NCBI RefSeq assembly: GCF_009914755.1
Contig: NC_060925.1
Strand: one strand, 5' to 3'
Length of the DNA stretch: 64,000 nucleotides
Source of the DNA: the human T2T-CHM13v2.0 reference genome, Homo sapiens
A program made the translations under genes and the position numbers. The notes under the pieces were generated by a model. That model searched no databases. It saw only the letters and a list, made by a program, of their open reading frames with translations, and was not told the origin of the DNA. Shown one piece after another: positions 56,999-64,000 of this stretch (position 1 is its first letter; the number at the start of each line of letters is the position of its first letter).

Positions 56999-57566
56999 CT
57001 TTCAGGAGCAGAACTAAGAAAGGGAGGCCTTATGGAAAGATGTTTTTTAAAAAATTGTTTCATACCTTGCGGAGGAGGGAGTTGGATGAGGTGGAAGTCT
57101 GAAATGAGTGGAAAAGTCACTTTAGCTGTTTAGTGACATGAAAGTATTGACGTGTGTGGATCCCTATATGTATATTGCAAGAGGTGTGTAGTTACCTGAT
57201 ACATAGGGTGGCCATTATAATTTTTAAAGTAGTAAAGTTTTATTAAGCATAATAGGGAGAGAAGAGAATGATGAGATATTTGAACAATGCTTGAATGCTT
57301 GATTTTAACACAACATATATGCCCAGTGACCACAGGACAGTTGGAATGATGTCTGTAATTTGAGGTCCTTTTTTTCATCTTAGATATCCCTTTGTTGTTT
57401 AATATTTCAAATAAATATAGCTATGACAAAGATCTGTTGTAGGTGCTATAGAGAGATGGAAACCATCAGGGTGCTGATTAGTCTTAAGGAATTTGCAGTT
57501 GAGTATCTGTTAGGCAAGTAAATTAAACAGCACAGAGTGTAAGTACCATGAAAGATACCAAACGTT

Positions 57567-57915
<349 letters not shown>

Positions 57916-58825
57916 TCACCTGAGCAATGGGAGGGAATCAGGAAAGACTTTGTTTATTTGCTCATTCATGTACTCATGATTCATTAGTTGTTTTGTTGAT
58001 CACCTGTATGGGAGGCATTGTACCAACATCTGAGAATAGAAAAAGAACAACTCCACCCTCCTTTTACAGAGCTTACACTTTGTTAGACTTCAAGAAAATG
58101 GCACTTAGGATATTGTTCATCCTTAATGTTCATTTTGACAGATGTGGATTGAGAAGCGGGGAATTCCAAATGGAAGGAAACTGAGCAGAGTTATGTAGGT
58201 AGGGAAGCTGGGGGGAAGGGAGGTATTCAGTCCAGTTAGACAACAAGGTAGTGTGATATAGCTGAGAAAACTTAAGAGTTGTAGAGATTATCAAGTTTGA
58301 CCCTTTCCTTTTACACATGAGGAATGTAAGCCCAAAGAAGGTAAAATTGTTGAGGCTCATATAGCTGGTATGTGGAAACTAACTGAAATGTAGGTCTTCT
58401 AACTTCAAGTCAGCTGTAGTACACTGCATGTCAGTATTCATCTGTTCTTTCCACAAATATAAGTTGAGAACATAATATATTCTAGTGTTGAGGGTACACT
58501 GGTGAATAAAAGGGTGAACATGGGAGGATATATTATAGTAGAAGGGCACAGTCAGTAAACATAGCAGTTAAATATATATCAGGTGGTCACAAGCACTAGG
58601 AAGAGGAATAAAGTAAGACAGGGATGTACTGTTTTATCTGGACAAAGTGGTCGGGGAAATCCTATTTGATAAGGTGACCATATTTAAGAGGATCCTGAAT
58701 ATCATGTTCCATAATTTATAGTTAAAATGGGTAGACAATGGAGAATCTGAGATGATTTGCTAGAATTAATATGTTCACAGCTATGTGTTAGGAAAATGAC
58801 TCTGTGTAATGTAGTGGTGGATAAC

Positions 58826-58915
58826 AGAGAAAAGTAAGGTTGTTAGAGCCTGACATTAATTGGGGAGTGACTACTGCTTAGAAAAGGGGAAGACTTCAAA
58901 ATTGGTCCTTTTTGT
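58826..58915 (+). repeat. 90-bp direct repeat, copy 2
   Basis: 86/90 identical to 56909-56998. Confidence 0.93.
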
Positions 58916-60680
58916 AAGGTTCTTTTCCTTACAAAAGATTCCCTTTGGGACTTTGGTCCTGAATAAGGTACTGGCAGTGGATCTAGAAAGTTATGAAAAA
59001 CAAATTGGCAGAGTGGTGGTACTTTTAATGGGGAAGATCAGTGGACTTTGAGAGGCTTCTTGTTAATGTGCCTTATATTTTATAGCTTGACATGGTAGGG
59101 AAGACTTCCTTAGATGTGGAATCAATGATAGTTTGAGATGAACTTAGTTCTTTGAAGAAGGGAGAAAAAAAATGAATACAATGATATTTTTCAGCTAAAA
59201 TTGAGCAGGCAAAATGGGGGAGGCATAGGTCCTGGGGTCCCTTAAAGATTCCTGGAGCCAGTCTTGTCTCAATCTTAGGCATTTGTCCTAAGTAAATTAA
59301 AACAAGTGTTAGAAGTCTGAGACCTAGGTGGTGGTTGTGGGAATCATAAAGGCTTGTGCCAGTCTGAATTTCCCTCCTCCTCTTTTAGATAATCATTCCA
59401 TTTAAAGTCTGCAGTGGGGACACTAGAGAATGTCTTTAGGGAAGCATTATGTTCACGTTCTTTGAAAATAGAACTGTTGGTTTTTATAGACACTTCAGGG
59501 AGGATGCCGAGTATTGCTGAATGGATGTGGTTGGGGGGTGTAGCAATTGTTTTCGTGACCTTGACTTGAAGAATTTTCTTGCCTACCTTTGTCAGTGGTG
59601 GAAGATCATGACTGGGCAATTTTTAATCTCTATAGCTACAGATCCTGCCTCATGTAGATGAAAATTAGTTTTGTCTTGGCTGAATTTTAATTTGTTAGAG
59701 TAAATGAGCTGGGATGTCTGGCATTGAAATGGTGGGGTGGTGGGAAACCAAGGAGCAAGATGGCTGTTTCAGAAGGGTCAGAAATGAAGATAGGAGGCAA
59801 GAAGTCCCAGTAAGACCAATAAAGAGAGAATTCAACATCAAGGGAACTGAATTAGTCTCAAGTTATAAAAATAGAGCAGAGATGAAAGGAAGAAAACCTA
59901 TCTTCTATGTGGGAAAGATGATGATATTCTGGGCAGGAAAGGATAATGAAATTTTTTGTTTGTTGAAAGGTAAGTATCTTTTTAATACACTGACAAGACT
60001 TCTAAGAGAATCAGTTAAGTTGAAAATACTTTATGTTTTATAAAAATAAAAATATGATCTTAAATATGAGGGTTCTAGGCCGAATAACATTGGGAATTTA
60101 TTACTCAAATTGAAGGAGAATTCAGAGTATTTTCTCTTTTGATTTATGACAGAATGAAAGATTTTAAAAGACTTTGACACCTCTGTTGAGTAAAAGAAAG
60201 GGTGTATTGAATACAATTCATTTGATGGGGGTAGGAGAAGGTTAGGATAGGCCGCAGGTGAGGTATAATATTATGCTTTAAAATAATGGCATTTTGAAAA
60301 AAAGAAAAGTGGAAATTAACATATCAAAGTTGGAAAAGCAGGAGTGGGGGAAGTATTAAAGTACCAGACAGAGAAGACATCAAAGTTGTTTTGGAAGATG
60401 AGAAAGTAGAATAATCATAGCTATAGGGAATACCAGTCAAACAGGTCAAATCCTGTTATAAAAGGTGGCACAGGTGCCACCGAATGACTTCTGCTGCCAT
60501 TGTGGGAGCCACTGTTCATACTCTATGCTCCCTTCAACTTTCCTCCTTTTCTTCCTTCACTATTCTCTTTTGTCTCTAATTTCTTCCTATGCTGTGAGTG
60601 TTTCAGTGAGATCCACTTGAAGTGGATTCCTACTGTTAGACTCCTTTACAGGAAAGGTCCAGAAAGTATCTGTTTTGTTT

Positions 60681-61122
60681 TGTGTGTGTGTGTGTGTGTG
60701 TATGTGTGCATATGTGTATATATACATATATACATGTGTGCATATGTGTATATATGCATATATACATGTGTGTGCATATGTGTATATATGCATATATACA
60801 TGTGTGTGCATATGTGTATATATGCATATATACGTGTGTGCATATGTGTATATATGCATATATACGTGTGTGCATATGTGTATATATGCATATATACGTG
60901 TGTGCATATGTGTATATATGCATATATACGTGTGTGCATATGTGTATATATGCATATATACGTGTGTGCATATGTGTATATATGCATATATACGTGTGTG
61001 CATGTGTATATATGCATATATACATGTGTGTGCATATGTGTGCATATATACATGTGTATATGTGTGTATGTATACATATATGTATATGTGTCTATGCACA
61101 TATGTGTGTATATATACATATA
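60681..61122. repeat. 32-bp-unit alternating purine/pyrimidine minisatellite in SMG7 intron 1
   Basis: Unit GTGTGTGCATATGTGTATATATGCATATATAC; CG recurs at 60833, 60865, 60897, 60929, 60961, 60993. Confidence 0.95.
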
Positions 61123-62529
61123 TTTTTTGTATGATACATGTATAGTGAAGACGCTGCATCTCAGTGGCTCACTTGTCAGAAGTTTTGTTACTAATATAAC
61201 AGCCACAGGGTTGTTTTCTAAGCCAGCAGAAAAATGGTTGTCATTTAAATAGGAAGTAAAATATCCAATATGGTATAAAATAAAAATGTATCACTATAAA
61301 TCTTGAAACAGAGAGATAGTGGAGATAAGGCTGGATAAAGTAGCAAGCTAAGCCTTATCCTAGCCTGGGGAGAGGAACAGAGAAGATAGTGGGAGCATTG
61401 GGAGGAATATATAAATAGGATGGTCTCCAGGTTCTAGAAGAGTCTAGTAATGCTAGATCAGATAGTCACTGTATCCTGAAGCTTCTAGAAGTCTTAGAGC
61501 ACATGCTGATTTTAGTCCATGTGGTCCACGAAGTCTTCTTCACCTGCCCCATCCCCTTCCTTTCCACCAGGTACATGCTTTACAGAATGTAAAGTAGCTT
61601 TTGTCCCGGAATATCAGCCAAAGGTGGTGACATTTTTTGAATGAATGACTGTCTCTTTAGGCTTATAAGTCTTTGTTATAACAGTGTTAATAGCTTATTA
61701 CCTGCTTGGATATTGTCTGACTAAATTATTTTGGCAGTTAATTTCTGCTTCCCTTGTGGTTTCATTTGGATTCAAAATGTATACTTCCTGTCCTATCTTA
61801 GGTTTCATTTCTTTGCTTTCTAACAGCTGTGGTCTTCTGCCTTCATGGTAGAAGAAGCAATTGCTGAGTTTTATGTTGTTGTTTTTAATGGATGTGTTAC
61901 AGTAAGATCTGGACCCACTAGTATTGCAAGTTTCATGAGGCAGTTTTGAGGTGGAGAGTGGTTCACACTTTAAAAGGGCTGGTGTGTTTTATACTTGAGA
62001 AAAATTGTTTCCTGCCTCCGGCTAGCCTTTCAAATTTTTGTATTAGTGTCATGAATGAGTGCCTGAAAGTTTAGATGGGTTAGTTTAATTGATCTTGTGT
62101 AGAGAATAAATTATAAAGCATACGTCTTGTAGATAGTGGATTATTCATCTGTTTGTAGGTATATTGGCAGATGGCCATTATATATTGCCATTAAAGTTTT
62201 GCAGTCAAGCCATATTTTAGTTTAGTTGCTGTATTGTTATGAATAGACTTATCAGCTGTCTGGGAAATTGTAACTAAGCATTTACAAGGAAATATAAGAG
62301 TGGAATTTTGGCAGGTATGTCACATGGTAAGTGACAGCTTGTAACCAGCTCTTTTTTTGTTAGTGTGTAAATGGAGCTGCTTAGGAACATTGTTTTTACT
62401 CTCCCTTAGACCCAGTTTTTAGTCAGTGGAAAGAGGAGGTGATTCTACTAATTGTCTAAGAAAATTTTAGGAATCTCAAGTAGACTATGTGGCAGCTTTG
62501 GGTTTTTTTCTTGTCTGTTTCATTTACAA

Positions 62530-62743
62530 CAGGATTTCTCAACCTTGGCACTTATTGACGACTTGGTCCAGATAGTTCTTTGTTGTGGTGGGTTGTCTTG
62601 AGCATTGTAAGACGTTCAGCAGCATCCCTGGCCTCTATCCATTAAATGCCAGTATCTTCCCTTGCAATCGTGACAATAAAAAATGTCCACACATTGCCAG
62701 ATGTCCCCTGGATTGTAAATTCACCCCCAGTTGAGAACCACTG
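62530..62743. mobile_element. MER20 (hAT-Charlie MITE)
   Basis: TIRs caggatttctcaac / gttgagaaccactg; 8-bp TSD ATTTA(C/G)AA. Confidence 0.88.
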
Positions 62744-64000
62744 ATTTAGAAAATATATGTAGTAAAGATATATATGCACTGCATGGGTTCATTTTCTTGT
62801 TTTCTCCTCTAAGCCACAGATTGGATTTTCTTTTCAGTTTTCTTTTAGGTAGTAATAGGCTAGTTACCATAGGCAGACATTATCCATAAACATTTGTACA
62901 TATTTTAATTTCTTAAATCTGTGTTCTTTTACTGGCAATTATTGAATACTTATTGTATAGAGCACAATTACCGGGGTTATGCCTTTGGCAAATTAAAAGA
63001 AAGACATTTAAGTAGCTATAATAGTAGGTCAAAGGTATTATGTAAGTATAGGCAAGAAGTTTATTCCAACAGAGGTGGAGATGGGGTGGAGAGGGTGTCT
63101 TTGAGGAGGTGAGATTTGGTTTGTACATTGAAAGATGGATGGGATTTTAATAAGTGGATATTGGGCAAATTGCCATTTCAGGCGGGAAGAACAACTCATG
63201 GCTCCTTTATTCCAAATAAGTTTTTTAAAAATTGATTCACTCACTTAATACATTGCATTAATTAGTATGCTGACCACATCTAAGTTTTTCTTAGATAAGG
63301 TAGGTTTATGGACAGAGAAGTGGTGATGTGGAAGTGGTAGTTCAAAGATTTGGTGGCTGCTGTAGGCCTCAAAAAGGGAAAAGGAATTTGGTCAGGCAGG
63401 ATCCTACAGAATCCCTTCCTTTAACTGTACTCTTTAATGTTTACCATCCTTCAGGATCTTTTTTCACTTGTGTCGCTCTCTTCTTTTAAATTATTCCCTT
63501 TACCGATCTTACTTTCTGTGAACCAATCTCAATTTTCCTTTAAAAGGCCTTCCTGATCTGATTTTTCTTTTCAAGTTCTGTCCTTCTTTACCTTTGTTTT
63601 ATGGCCAAGCGTTTCAAGTTTGCCCTAACCTATGTTTTTCCTTTAGTTACCATCTACTTTTCCTTAATCCCTTGCTATCAGTCCATTTTTTTCTGAGTAC
63701 ATTATTGAAATTACCATTTCCAAAGGTGCCAAAGACCTCACGGTGGCCAAATTCATTTACTGATTGTTTTCCTTTCCCTCAAACTCACACTTTTGTTTTC
63801 CTTCCTCTGTGTGTCCCCCTCTCTTGTATCTGTCCTTCTATCCATTCCACCAATAAACATTCAGTTTGGGCCATGCTATATCCCAGGTCCCTGGGGATAA
63901 AAAGAGACTGTGCCCTCAAGTAGTTTCACTGGGCATACAAGTAAGTACTCAATTACCAAATAGTTCATACTGGCAGTGGTATATACACAGAGGCTTTACA

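Noticed and set aside
60500-61252. 130-250-aa Cys/Tyr/His/Val-rich ORFs on both strands
   Set aside because: Artefact of the RY minisatellite, which cannot encode stop codons.

Overview
Primate, almost certainly human, genomic DNA. Two short coding exons identify it as the NMNAT2-SMG7 locus (1q25.3 from prior knowledge). NMNAT2 coding exon 1 ([28 protein letters not shown], minus strand, 1492-1576) lies in a CpG island at the left end. SMG7 coding exon 1 (MSLQSAQYLR, plus strand, 55906-55934) lies in a second CpG island about 54 kb away, so the genes are divergent. The rest is repeat-rich intergenic and intronic DNA: about 30 Alus, L1M/L2/MIR relics, MaLR solo LTRs (some nested), hAT DNA transposons, a 5'-truncated old SVA and a tail-less U2 snRNA retrocopy. 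No other ORF in the track looks like a real gene. The most interesting signals are: (1) the 5' end of the NMD factor SMG7, with a TISU-initiated uORF and a second 5' splice site that would stop the normal ORF while exposing a strong, in-phase alternative ATG, a candidate NMD/translation feedback switch; (2) a split 9-nt-spacer REST/RE1 site in NMNAT2 intron 1; (3) a perfect 71-bp inverted templated insertion and a 90-bp direct duplication, each about 1.9 kb from its partner; (4) an SVA whose HERV-K part keeps the Rec, Np9 and Env C-terminal frames all open. Repeat boundaries and subfamily names were read by eye and are approximate.
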